Shown: positions 12,611 through 22,247, counted from the first letter of the stretch. The stretch: 64,000 bases of DNA from Coprothermobacterota bacterium (GCA_036679065.1 JAZIGN010000004.1:1-64000), one strand, 5' to 3'. Numbers and translations are program-made. The notes: generated by a model from the sequence alone, not told the origin.

Positions 12611-14221
12611 ATGGCTGATCAGTTGGGTGATCTTTTAGTTCAGAAGGGGTTTTTAACCCCTGAGCGTGTGGAACAGCTGGTGCTGGAATCAAAAAGGCAG
12701 AACATGAAGCTGGGACAGTACCTGATCCGTGAAGGCATACTTAAACGCGAGCAGTTGGGTGAGGTACTGTCCGAGCAGGAAGGCAAGCCTTACATGGACG
12801 CATCGGCTATTCTTCAAGCTCTTGAGAATGCTGGTTTGAACAGTGCAGCTAAGCTGTCTACGTTTTTCAATAAACCCACTGACCAGCTCATGGGACTAAT
12901 GCGGACGTACCGCCTGATCCCCATTGGGAAAACCGAAAAGGGTATTCAGGCGGTACTGGTTCCTCCCATTGACAAGAACACCTTAAAGCGGCTACGCGAC
13001 TACTTCAAGGCAGAAGTGGATTACGCAGTGACCACTGAGCAGGATTTCTCGGACGTTGTGGTGGCAAACTTTTTCAACTTGGAGACCTTAACAAAAGCGA
13101 AGGAAGAACAGGTGGTCATCAGAGAAGTAAAGGTGACCTCCTTGGATCTTTTGGCAACCGAGGCGTCTGCTGAGACCGCATTGAACATTTTGTTCTTTGA
13201 TGCGGCGCATCGCGGAGCCACGGACATTCACTTTTTAAGTGCACCCACAAGCTGCATAATTAAATACCGTATTGACGGCATGGTGCAGGAAATGGTGCAA
13301 ATACCTAAGTCGTTGGCCGAAGAAGCCATTACCAGGGTTAAAGTGCTGTCGGACATGGACATTGCGGAGAAGCGCCGTCCACAGGACGGTCAGTTTGATT
13401 TGGTGGTGGAAAACCAGTCATACAGCATACGTGTTGCCACCGTGGGCAGTGTTTACGGTGAAAACATGTTCTTGCGGCTTCTTTACAGGCGCAGCCTGAG
13501 GACGGGCTTGGATTCACTGGGCATGTTGCCTGAGCAGGTGCAAGCCATACGTGAAATGATCAGGAAGCCATACGGCATTGTGGTTACCACGGGTCCCACA
13601 GGCAGTGGTAAGACCACCACACTTTACGCCCTGCTCAAAGAAATTTACGAAACCCGCGATAAGAACATTATCACCATTGAAGACCCCGTGGAATACGATT
13701 TTGAAGGCATTACCCAGATTCAAATAAACCCAAAGGCGGAGATCACCTTCTCGGGTACGCTAAGGTCTGCCTTGAGGCAGGACCCAGATGTCATTTTGGT
13801 GGGTGAAATAAGAGACGAAGAAACCATGAAAACTGCCATTGACGCCGCTCTTTCCGGGCACTTGGTGCTGTCCACACTGCATGCCAACAACGCTTTAGCA
13901 GCCGTGGCAAGGTTCATGAGCATGGGTGCTGACCCCATGTTGGTAGCTTCTGCTTTGAACTGTGTCATGGCGCAAAGGTTGGTTCGAGTGTGGGATGCTG
14001 TGAGCGAAACTTACAGAGGTCGTCTGGGCATTTTTGAAATACTGCCCATGGACGACGAATTAAGAAAGATGATTTCCTCAAGGGCTGACATTGTGGACCT
14101 TACCAATGCAGCCAGAAGAAAGGGGTTCATGACCATGGAGGAAATCGCAAAGATTCGAGTGGACCAGGGTATCACAACCTGGGAAGAGGTGGTGAGGGTC
14201 GTTGGCGGAGGAATCCAGTAA
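12611..14221 (+). CDS. pilB: PilB/GspE-family assembly ATPase
   Basis: DIAEKRRPQDG, Walker A GPTGSGKTT, TIEDPVE, LRQDPDVILVGEIRD, GHLVLSTLHAN; MshEN-like N-terminus. Confidence 0.92.
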   Translation: MADQLGDLLVQKGFLTPERVEQLVLESKRQNMKLGQYLIREGILKREQLGEVLSEQEGKPYMDASAILQALENAGLNSAAKLSTFFNKPTDQLMGLMRTYRLIPIGKTEKGIQAVLVPPIDKNTLKRLRDYFKAEVDYAVTTEQDFSDVVVANFFNLETLTKAKEEQVVIREVKVTSLDLLATEASAETALNILFFDAAHRGATDIHFLSAPTSCIIKYRIDGMVQEMVQIPKSLAEEAITRVKVLSDMDIAEKRRPQDGQFDLVVENQSYSIRVATVGSVYGENMFLRLLYRRSLRTGLDSLGMLPEQVQAIREMIRKPYGIVVTTGPTGSGKTTTLYALLKEIYETRDKNIITIEDPVEYDFEGITQIQINPKAEITFSGTLRSALRQDPDVILVGEIRDEETMKTAIDAALSGHLVLSTLHANNALAAVARFMSMGADPMLVASALNCVMAQRLVRVWDAVSETYRGRLGIFEILPMDDELRKMISSRADIVDLTNAARRKGFMTMEEIAKIRVDQGITTWEEVVRVVGGGIQ

Positions 14222-15470
14222 CAAAAAGAGAGCGAAAGCTTCTTCTTCCACTACTGCTGCTGCCGCAAAGAAACAACAACGGCAGAGAAGTTACAGGTAC
14301 ATCATCATAAAAGGTGATCGCAGCGTGCAAGGGTCTGTCACAGCTGCCACCTTGGAAGAAGCCAAAGAGAAAGCAAGTAAGAAAGGCTTGGTGCTGGAGG
14401 TAACGGAATCGCCTCCTGGCAGATGCCCTAAAATGTCTGAGCGCGATATGTACTTCTTTGCTTTCAATCTGGCTAACTTCATTGAAAGCGGTTTCAACAT
14501 GGTGGAAGCACTCACCGTTGTTAAAGAGCGCTCGGCAAACAAAAAAGTGTCGAAAGTAATAGATCATTTGATCTTCTACATAAACCGTGGAGTTTCTGTG
14601 TCTGGTGCCATGCAGCTTACAGGCTCCTTTTCACCGCTTTTTGTAAACCTGGTAAGAAGCGGTGAAACCAGCGGTACGCTGCCGCTGGCACTGAAGGACT
14701 TGTCTGACTTTTACAAAACCATGTTGGGGCTGCGTTCAAAGATCATGAACGCGGTTCTTTATCCAATCATAATATCAATCGCGGCTGTGGGTGCCATCGT
14801 TGTTTACATGCTGTTTGTGCTGCCCACCTTGGGCGGGCTTTACGACATGGTCGGTGCTCAGCTGCCTGCTCCCACACGCATTGTCATGGGCATTGCCGAT
14901 TTTATAAAGAACTACTGGATTTGGCTCATTGTGGGCATCATTGGTGGTATTGCCCTTATTCGGTTCTTGGTCACCAATGTGATTCCCGTTAAACGTGTTT
15001 ATGAGCGCATAAAGTTTGCCATACCAGTTGTGAACAAGGTTGCCATAACGCCTGAGTACCTCAGGCTTTCTAAGACGCTGCGCAGTGCCTATGTAAATGG
15101 GTTACCCGTGGTCGATGTACTGAATCTAACCATGGGCGTGATGAGCCATCAAATTTACAAGGACAAGATAAAAAGTGCTCGGGACATGGTCATCGCTGGT
15201 ATGCCACTGCATGAAGCTTTTAAGGTGAACGGCTTTGATTCCTTGCTGTGGAGAACCATTGCGCTGGGTGAGGAATCTGGTAGGCTTGAAGAAAGCTTGA
15301 CTCGTTACATCGGTGTGGTGGAAGACGAGTTCAATGCCTACTTGGGTACACTAACGGCTGCGGTAGAACCTTTCGCACTGATTTTTGTTGGCGTTGTGGT
15401 GGGTTTCATCGTACTGTCGCTGTATTTGCCCATGTTCGACATGATTCCCACACTGCTGCAAAGTCAGTAG
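14202..15470 (+). CDS. pilC: PilC/GspF-family membrane platform protein
   Basis: Two T2SSF repeats (SGETSGTL, LGEESGRL), YP and LYLPMF motifs, three TM segments. Confidence 0.9.
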   Translation: MAEESSNKKRAKASSSTTAAAAKKQQRQRSYRYIIIKGDRSVQGSVTAATLEEAKEKASKKGLVLEVTESPPGRCPKMSERDMYFFAFNLANFIESGFNMVEALTVVKERSANKKVSKVIDHLIFYINRGVSVSGAMQLTGSFSPLFVNLVRSGETSGTLPLALKDLSDFYKTMLGLRSKIMNAVLYPIIISIAAVGAIVVYMLFVLPTLGGLYDMVGAQLPAPTRIVMGIADFIKNYWIWLIVGIIGGIALIRFLVTNVIPVKRVYERIKFAIPVVNKVAITPEYLRLSKTLRSAYVNGLPVVDVLNLTMGVMSHQIYKDKIKSARDMVIAGMPLHEAFKVNGFDSLLWRTIALGEESGRLEESLTRYIGVVEDEFNAYLGTLTAAVEPFALIFVGVVVGFIVLSLYLPMFDMIPTLLQSQ

Positions 15471-15785
15471 TAGACGGCACACACAAGAGGACTTTTTGAA
15501 AGCAGAGCGCACACCTTTATACATGGTGTGCTCAACGTGCACCACAACGTATACGCGGCTACGCTACTAAGTACTGGCACTGTTTGCTTTTGTAATAAGC
15601 AGGCTGGCAATTTGCTTTTGAAAACAAAGACAAAAAGCTACTACACGGGTCAGCATTTTTTTGTGTGACAGTTTGTGTTAGTTTGCCAGTACAACGAACC
15701 GCTGCGGGTTTGGTTTGTTGGTGTACTTGTGAACGAGCTTTATTAAGCAGTTAACTTGCTAAAAAGGGGAATGTTACTACTTTTA

Positions 15786-16277
15786 TTATGTGCCGCTGTC
15801 AGCACCAGAATAATGTGGCGGCAACTGTTCCACTGTGCGGGTTAAATCAGCTACTGCCAAAAGCAGGGTATCCATTTCATCGAGAATCTCGGTAAGCTCG
15901 GCGTAAACCAAGGAAAGGTCGTCCAGGGTGTCTTCCAGGAGTGCATACTCCTCGCTGTCTTCCTCAAGGTGGTCAAGTTCAAACTGCACATCTTCGTGTT
16001 TAGCGAACACGTGCTCCTGCAAGGCAATTAAAGAACGGTTAAGTTGTTCCCACTGCTGGCCAAGGTTTTGGAGGTCATCCATGAGTTCTTTTTTGTATGT
16101 TCTGAGCGTTTCAGCTACAACAGCTCCGGATTGTTGGCTTTGGGCGAAAAGCTCTTCCACTTGCATCTTTGTCCTTCTGATGTCGTTGTTGAGGGCAGAT
16201 AAATCATCAGAAAGCTCTTCAAGCTGAGCTCCCAAAGAGAAACATTCATCGGCTAAACGCTTCACACTTTCTTCCAC
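15786..16277 (-). CDS. Hypothetical acidic coiled-coil protein
   Basis: 163-aa ORF with heptad Leu/Glu/Asp pattern; GTG start after AGGGGG. Confidence 0.6.
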   Translation of the reverse strand: MEESVKRLADECFSLGAQLEELSDDLSALNNDIRRTKMQVEELFAQSQQSGAVVAETLRTYKKELMDDLQNLGQQWEQLNRSLIALQEHVFAKHEDVQFELDHLEEDSEEYALLEDTLDDLSLVYAELTEILDEMDTLLLAVADLTRTVEQLPPHYSGADSGT

Positions 16278-16296
16278 AGAAACCCCCTTTGTTTTG

Positions 16297-16331
16297 CACT
16301 TCCCAGAGGAGCTGAGCCCCTCTGGGAAGTG
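16297..16331. repeat. 13-bp perfect inverted repeat (strong hairpin)
   Basis: CACTTCCCAGAGG ... CCTCTGGGAAGTG between two minus-strand genes. Confidence 0.8.
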
Positions 16332-16346
16332 ATTTTTGCATAAAAC

Positions 16347-16712
16347 CTAAATACCAGCGAAAAACGATTTTGTAATTGAAACAATGAACAAGTAAAGGCT
16401 AGCTATGAAAGCTGGAAATGCGTAAACTGCGTAGCTACTGCCTTCGATGGGCATAAATGGGTCGGCACTAACTTTGTTCATGTAAGCCAGCAGTCCAACC
16501 GCGAACATGACCGCAGAAGCAATGAGAAAGTCCCAGTTAGCAGGCTTCTTCTGAACAATGGCAATGATCTCCACCAATAAGCACACACCGCCAAAACCAA
16601 CAAAGAAGACTAGCCAACCAATTGGATTGGCTATGAATGGGTTTGTGAGTACAGCGATGGCAGCTATGAGCCCCAAGACAGCATATAAGCTATTCCTCCA
16701 TCCCAAGATCAT
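16347..16712 (-). CDS. Hypothetical 4-TM membrane protein
   Basis: 121-aa ORF with four hydrophobic segments; AGGAG RBS. Confidence 0.6.
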   Translation of the reverse strand: MILGWRNSLYAVLGLIAAIAVLTNPFIANPIGWLVFFVGFGGVCLLVEIIAIVQKKPANWDFLIASAVMFAVGLLAYMNKVSADPFMPIEGSSYAVYAFPAFIASLYLFIVSITKSFFAGI

Positions 16713-16840
16713 CCACTCCTTACCTTTGCAATTTATACGTTAAAATAATGATAACACTACAACGCATGTTTTGATGCTTGGGCATTTCCTGTTTGTTTTG
16801 CTTCAACGTTGTTGTGGTGCATGAACTGTGCAGCAGTTAA

Positions 16841-17962
16841 TCAAACCAGGAACAGTGCTTGTTTATAAAGCTGTATTACCTGCTCCAAGGACGGTTTCCT
16901 ACAAGCTGAATTCATCAGCCGGTGGTTGTTTACAACCTGTTCAGCCCACTGGTGAAGTTTATTGTCGTCAACCTGATTTGCCACTGCTTTGATTTGCTCC
17001 ATGAAACCGCATTGTTCATTTATGCTGCAAAGGTAATCAGCTAAATCAGTTACACCCAGCATTTCACCCATTCTTTCATATTTCTCAGGTTTGATCTCCG
17101 CGTTGAATTTAAATACCCAGGGCATGAGCACTGCGTTGGCTCTACCGTGAGGAAGTTCAAATTCAGAAGTAAGGGGGTAACCCATGGCGTGTACTACTCC
17201 TGAACCTGCGCTGTTTATGGCAAGACCTCCAAACAGGGAAGCCAAAGTAAGCTCGTCGTGAACCTTTTCAGTCATGGGAATTCTGCCTAAGTTTTTCATG
17301 TGGGGTTTTAGGTAGGCAAAACCTTTCTCAGCGAAAGCCTCAACTACTGGATTACAAAGTGCAGAGAAGTAAGCTTCACTTAAATGTGAGAAAGCATCTA
17401 AGGTGGTGTCAATGGCAACCTCATCAGGCATGGAGTAGGTGAGCACAGGGTCAATTAGTGCCAGCTTTGGCACAATCTTGCTGTCGCTGATGGATTTCTT
17501 CTGGTTCTCGTGTGTGATGATGGAGTACTTGGTCACTTCTGAGCCTGTGCCATGGGTTGTCGGAACTGCAACCACAGGTAAAGCCGAAGGCACGTTGTTT
17601 ACCCCAAAAACCTCTTCCACACTTTTACCTGAGGCGTAGCTGGCTGCTACTGCTTTTGCAAAATCCAGCACACTGCCGCCACCCACTGCCAGCACAACAT
17701 CAGGCACAAACGCTTTTTGTCTTAACAAGTTCATTGCTTCGTGCACTTCTTCCGCCTTTGGATTGGGGGAAATTTGGTCAAAATGAAGCACCTGAAAATC
17801 TTTTAGCAGTTCCATGAGGTGGCCCAGTAAGCCCCTTTGTTTTGCGCTTCTGCCAGTGGTCAAAAACACGTTCTTCCCCATGTTGCTCATAAGCTGTGAC
17901 AATTGCTCAAATGTTCCATTACCGAACACTATTTGGTGATTCAAGTCGCATTGGAAAAACAT
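16841..17962 (-). CDS. Iron-containing alcohol dehydrogenase
   Basis: GGGSVLD, PTTHGTGSEVT, DAFSH, HAMG, PHG metal ligands. Confidence 0.92.
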   Translation of the reverse strand: MFFQCDLNHQIVFGNGTFEQLSQLMSNMGKNVFLTTGRSAKQRGLLGHLMELLKDFQVLHFDQISPNPKAEEVHEAMNLLRQKAFVPDVVLAVGGGSVLDFAKAVAASYASGKSVEEVFGVNNVPSALPVVAVPTTHGTGSEVTKYSIITHENQKKSISDSKIVPKLALIDPVLTYSMPDEVAIDTTLDAFSHLSEAYFSALCNPVVEAFAEKGFAYLKPHMKNLGRIPMTEKVHDELTLASLFGGLAINSAGSGVVHAMGYPLTSEFELPHGRANAVLMPWVFKFNAEIKPEKYERMGEMLGVTDLADYLCSINEQCGFMEQIKAVANQVDDNKLHQWAEQVVNNHRLMNSACRKPSLEQVIQLYKQALFLV

Positions 17963-18286
17963 TCACCTTCACCTCCACGTGCGTTAAAAAGAATCTGATC
18001 TGTGATTAGTATATAATTTATATGCTAACCTGTGCTACGTTTGAGAAAGGGACTTAACTGGGTGTGTGTGCGTAAAAAGGTGCGGCTCACATAAATGGCG
18101 TCGAATAAATAGGAAGAGTTATTGGACAGCTGAAGAGGGCTTTTTTAGGTAAGGTGTGTGAGCCAAGCACACAAGAAGAAGAAAGAGTAAAGTGTAAAGC
18201 GTAGAAGCAAGAGCACTTAACAAGAAGAAGAACAGCAACAACGACAAAAAGAGTCATCATCATGTTGGTGAAAGGAGTAGATAGCA

Positions 18287-18424
18287 GTGAAGGCAACTTA
18301 TCAGCCGAGCAAAAGGTATCGAAGAAAAACGCATGGGTTCTTTGCAAGGATGTCCACACCGGGCGGCAGGAAGGTCATTAAGCGTAGACGAATGAAAGGA
18401 CGTCACAGACTTACTCCCCGTTAA
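18287..18424 (+). CDS. rpmH: 50S ribosomal protein L34 (not in ORF track)
   Basis: Manual translation [59 protein letters not shown] coupling to rnpA. Confidence 0.95.
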   Translation: MKATYQPSKRYRRKTHGFFARMSTPGGRKVIKRRRMKGRHRLTPR

Positions 18425-18789
18425 TGGCAGTGCGCCGGTCTTTGCGTTTGCAAGGCAAGAAGAATTTTTCTCGTGTTTATAAAGAGGGCAGCGTGGTTCG
18501 CTCAGACTACGTTGTTGTGTACTTCTTGCCAGCTTCTGAGCAAAAAGTGGCAGTTGTGGTGAGCAAGCGTTTTGGCAACGCAGTAAAGCGTAACCGCATA
18601 CGAAGGCTACTGTTGGAAGCGTGGCAGGAGAACCATGACCACCTGCCTTCTGGTTACTACATTATTCTGCCCCGTTCTTCACTACTGAGTGTGGAGGAGA
18701 ATGTTTGGCGGAGCAAGGTGAAGGTGCTTTTCCATGAATGGCAATGGGCTAGCGGTAAAAACAGTCCACATTGTTCTGCAGTTCTATAG
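18424..18789 (+). CDS. rnpA: Ribonuclease P protein component
   Basis: VSKRFGNAVKRNRIRR RNR motif; position after rpmH. Confidence 0.93.
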   Translation: MAVRRSLRLQGKKNFSRVYKEGSVVRSDYVVVYFLPASEQKVAVVVSKRFGNAVKRNRIRRLLLEAWQENHDHLPSGYYIILPRSSLLSVEENVWRSKVKVLFHEWQWASGKNSPHCSAVL

Positions 18790-19000
18790 AATGGTCCGCC
18801 AACTGGTTTTGCCCGGTCCTGTGTGCAGGCATACCCCGACGTGTTCCGTGTACTGGGAACAAGCAGTGGCAGAACACGGTTTGTTTTGGGGCTCAGTGCT
18901 TGCCTTCAAACGCGTCCTTACCTGTAATCCACTTTTTCCAGGGGGCTATGACCCCGTACCGAAGAAAGGAGACGTGAAAGTTCTATGGTTCAAAGTATAA
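18734..19000 (+). CDS. yidD: Membrane protein insertion efficiency factor
   Basis: CRHTPTCS ... CNP..GGYDPVP. Confidence 0.92.
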   Translation: MNGNGLAVKTVHIVLQFYRMVRQLVLPGPVCRHTPTCSVYWEQAVAEHGLFWGSVLAFKRVLTCNPLFPGGYDPVPKKGDVKVLWFKV

Positions 19001-19650
19001 GCAATTTCTTTAGTATGGTCCTTAATTGGTTGTATTCTGTGGTACCCAACTATCCGGTGGATATCATCCTAATGACCATTTTGCTCAAGCTGATTTTGGA
19101 ACCCCTTACTTACCAGCAGCTGCGTACCAGCTTCGTTATCAGCCGCATCCAGGGTGAGCTCCAAGAGATTGCAAAGAAGTACAAGAATGATCCACAGCAA
19201 GCGGCTCAGGAGCAGTCTAAGATTTACAAGGAACACGGTGTGAATCCGCTTATTGGTTGTTTGTTGCCCCTTTTGCAAATACCCATATTCTTTGGGCTTT
19301 ACGGCTCACTTGTCCAGAATCCCAACTTTAAGGGTTTACCGTTCTTGTGGGTTCCTGATATTAGCAAGCCTGACCCAACGTGGATCACGGTTATTGCCAT
19401 GGTTGTGGTGACTTACTTCCAGTTCAAGTTTACAAGTCAAGCAACCACTGACCCTGCCATGCAGCGTCAGCAGAACATGATGATGTGGATTTTTGTGATC
19501 ATGATAGGTTGGATTGCCCGCAGTTTCCCATTTGGCGTGGCTTTGTACTGGATGGCATTTTCTCTCATAAGCATTTTAGAGTCCTTCATCATACGCAAAA
19601 TGGTTGAGAGGCAATTTGCTGAGAAGAACGCTGCAGCTGCTCAGAAATGA
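18985..19650 (+). CDS. yidC: Membrane protein insertase YidC (short form)
   Basis: GVNPLIGCLLPLLQIPIFFGLY, FLWVPDISKPDP, GVALYW. Confidence 0.92.
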   Translation: MVQSISNFFSMVLNWLYSVVPNYPVDIILMTILLKLILEPLTYQQLRTSFVISRIQGELQEIAKKYKNDPQQAAQEQSKIYKEHGVNPLIGCLLPLLQIPIFFGLYGSLVQNPNFKGLPFLWVPDISKPDPTWITVIAMVVVTYFQFKFTSQATTDPAMQRQQNMMMWIFVIMIGWIARSFPFGVALYWMAFSLISILESFIIRKMVERQFAEKNAAAAQK

Positions 19651-19799
19651 TTTTGAGCCTCAGTGCGGGTTTTTTGCTATCAGAACACATCGGTGAGATG
19701 TGAAAAAGAGTAAGTATTCAGCAAAAGGAAGCGGGGCAGTGCTAACGCACTGCTTTGTTCTGCCTTTTTGTGAACAAACAGGGGAGGTGCATATTGGTT

Positions 19800-20471
19800 A
19801 TGGAGTTCATCGGAGAAAGCGTTGAGCAGGCTTTAGAAAAAGCCAGACAGTACTTTGGATCAGATGAACTGGAATACGAGGTGATTTCTGAAAAGAGGGG
19901 ACTTCTGCGTAATGAAGTAGTCATAAAGGCATGGGTAGTTTCCCCTGAATCGGTTGCTGAGCAGTTGGTAACCGCACTTCTTAAGGCCATGGGCAAAACA
20001 GGTAGTGTTCATGCTGAACAAATGGATGATCAGCTTCACATAAGTGTGGACGGCGAAGATCTGGGCATACTCATTGGAAAGCATGGTTCTTTTCTGGATA
20101 CCTTTGAGGGGTTCGTGCGCTATATCATACGTGTACGCTTTCCGGAAATTGCTCACGTAGATGTGGATGTCATGAATTACAAGCAAAAACGTATCCGCCA
20201 GCTGGATGACATGGTAGAACAAAGCGTGCAAAAAACAAAAAGAACAAAGCGTCCAGTAACATTACCTCCCATGCTAAGATGGGAGCGCCGGGAAGTGCAT
20301 CGCATCGTCAGTGAAAAGTATCCCGCTTTTGAAAGCAAGAGCACTGGCTATGATCCAAACAGGCGGGTGCAAATATTCTTGAAAACAGCTGGCAATTCAG
20401 GGGAGCGAGAAGAGGGAAGTAAGGGCAGTAGTACCAATAATGCCAAAAGTGGGGAGAGGGAAGATGAGTAG
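19800..20471 (+). CDS. jag: Jag/EloR/KhpB RNA-binding protein (Jag_N-KH-R3H)
   Basis: GESVEQA, LIGKHG KH motif, ERREVH R3H motif; start set at ATG after GGGGAGG. Confidence 0.88.
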   Translation: MEFIGESVEQALEKARQYFGSDELEYEVISEKRGLLRNEVVIKAWVVSPESVAEQLVTALLKAMGKTGSVHAEQMDDQLHISVDGEDLGILIGKHGSFLDTFEGFVRYIIRVRFPEIAHVDVDVMNYKQKRIRQLDDMVEQSVQKTKRTKRPVTLPPMLRWERREVHRIVSEKYPAFESKSTGYDPNRRVQIFLKTAGNSGEREEGSKGSSTNNAKSGEREDE

Positions 20472-21309
20472 AAGTAAGATTGGCGTAGTATTCGATAGCT
20501 CAGCGTATGCGCCAAAGCCACTGGAGCATACCAGAGTAGTGGAATTGCGGGTCAACAAGGGTGACAGAAGTTACAAGGAACTTACGGAAATTGATTGGGA
20601 TGAGTTCTACAAAGACCTACGAGAAAAGAAAAATATTCCAACTACTTCAGCTGCCCCCATTGAGGAAGTGAGAAGTGCCATAAATGAGCTTCTTGATGAG
20701 GGCAACGATAACGTCATTGGCATTTGGCTATCTAAACACTTCTCCGTCACCTTTGAGGAAGCAAAGATGTTGGAAAGCGAATTCATCGGTAGATTCATTG
20801 CACTTGATACAAAGTTAGTAGCGGCAGGGCCTTATCGTATGATTTTGGAAGCTCTTAAAGCCATTGACTTGGGCTGGTCTTTGGATGAAGTGGTGAATCA
20901 CGTGATTGAGGTGCGTGATGCTTATCAAACCATTTTTCTTGCATCCATTGAGCATTTGGCAAAGGGCGGTAGAATCGGGAAAGCCCAAGCTTTGGCTGGC
21001 AATCTGCTTCACTTTCAGCCACTCTTGTTTGTGGACGACGGCATGGTGAATTCCTACAAAGTGGTGCGAGGCAGGAAGGCAGCGATTAAGGAAATGCCTC
21101 AGTTCATGATAAAGAACTTTGGCCATGAACAGTTGTTTTTGGACATTGTGTGGTCGGACAATTTTGATGAGGTCAGGGTGCTGGAGCAATTCTTAGAAGA
21201 GAATGGCATGAAGCGGCAAGACGTACTTAGGCTGGGTCCTGTTATCGGCACGCACTTGGGGCCAGATCTTCTGGCATTGTTTGGTGTGCCTACAAAAGTG
21301 ATGCTTTGA
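20464..21309 (+). CDS. DegV family fatty-acid-binding protein
   Basis: VVFDSSA, PTTSA, HLAKGGRIG, GPVIGTHLGP. Confidence 0.9.
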   Translation: MSRSKIGVVFDSSAYAPKPLEHTRVVELRVNKGDRSYKELTEIDWDEFYKDLREKKNIPTTSAAPIEEVRSAINELLDEGNDNVIGIWLSKHFSVTFEEAKMLESEFIGRFIALDTKLVAAGPYRMILEALKAIDLGWSLDEVVNHVIEVRDAYQTIFLASIEHLAKGGRIGKAQALAGNLLHFQPLLFVDDGMVNSYKVVRGRKAAIKEMPQFMIKNFGHEQLFLDIVWSDNFDEVRVLEQFLEENGMKRQDVLRLGPVIGTHLGPDLLALFGVPTKVML

Positions 21310-21442
21310 TAGCAAAACGTTGGTTCTTTTGTGCCAGCGGGGGAGCAGATTCGTTTACTACATGGCCTCCCCCGGTAACGCTTAAAGGTGTGTGTATATA
21401 TATGTGTGGTAACATATGCAGCTAAGTGTTTGTAAGAAGCCG

Positions 21443-21471
21443 TTGTCGATGTCACGGATTTGCAGTACAAT
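21443..21471 (+). promoter_or_regulatory. Candidate promoter for the YihY-family gene
   Basis: TTGTCG-17 nt-TACAAT. Confidence 0.45.
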
Positions 21472-21503
21472 CGGCACTAAAGACAGTAAATAGTGATAAA
21501 AAG

Positions 21504-22247
21504 ATGGAACTCATAAAAAAAATATTTTACAAAATTAGTAAGGACGATTTGGGATTCTTTGCAGGTGCTTTTTCTTACTTCATGTTCTTTTCAACTGCGG
21601 CACTTACCCTGTTTTTGTTCTTGCTTTTTGGGGAACAGGTAAGTTTTTCAGTGCTCAAGTACTTATCACCCGATTATGAGGCACTGCTAAAGCCTGTCAT
21701 TACTTCCCTGACCATAAGTGCAAGATGGTCATGGTTTCTGCTCATTCCACTGGCTTGGGGTAGCACCAATGTTTTCGCTTCGCTTGAACATGCTGCCACG
21801 ATCATTGCTAAACGAGAAAGACGTTCCACCGTGACAATTCGGCTGGTTTCTTTTGCTTTTATCCTCATTTTGGCGTTTTCCGTGTGGGGTTATACCGTGG
21901 TGGGTTTGTTCTTGGAGCATTTACCATCATGGATTTACAACCTTCTGTTTTACGCAGTTCTGTTTAGTGGCTTCAATGTGTTTTTGGACGGCCACGTGAA
22001 TACCAAATATGCTTTGGTTGTTGGTACTGGTCAGTCTGTCATTTGGTACGTGGTTAGCAAAATTGTTAATTTCTACATAAAACAGGTGAGTACCAGCATT
22101 GTCTTCAAAGTGGCATCAGCCATACCAGTGGTGCTTTTCTGGTACTACGTACTGGCTTATGTGATCCTACTTGGTTGGGAGCTGCTTTCTTTAATTGGTA
22201 GTAGTCAAAATAAGAACAGTTCTGCTGCCCATGATGATAAGTCTTAG
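21504..22247 (+). CDS. YihY/virulence factor BrkB family membrane protein
   Basis: AGAFSYFMFFS N-terminal motif, LFWYY..A.VILLG.E C-terminal motif, about 6 TMs. Confidence 0.75.
   Translation: MELIKKIFYKISKDDLGFFAGAFSYFMFFSTAALTLFLFLLFGEQVSFSVLKYLSPDYEALLKPVITSLTISARWSWFLLIPLAWGSTNVFASLEHAATIIAKRERRSTVTIRLVSFAFILILAFSVWGYTVVGLFLEHLPSWIYNLLFYAVLFSGFNVFLDGHVNTKYALVVGTGQSVIWYVVSKIVNFYIKQVSTSIVFKVASAIPVVLFWYYVLAYVILLGWELLSLIGSSQNKNSSAAHDDKS

Noticed and set aside
15471..15785. Possible ncRNA or repeat array after pilC
   Set aside because: Only a short distant inverted repeat (GTACTGGCA/TGCCAGTAC); no periodicity or convincing structure
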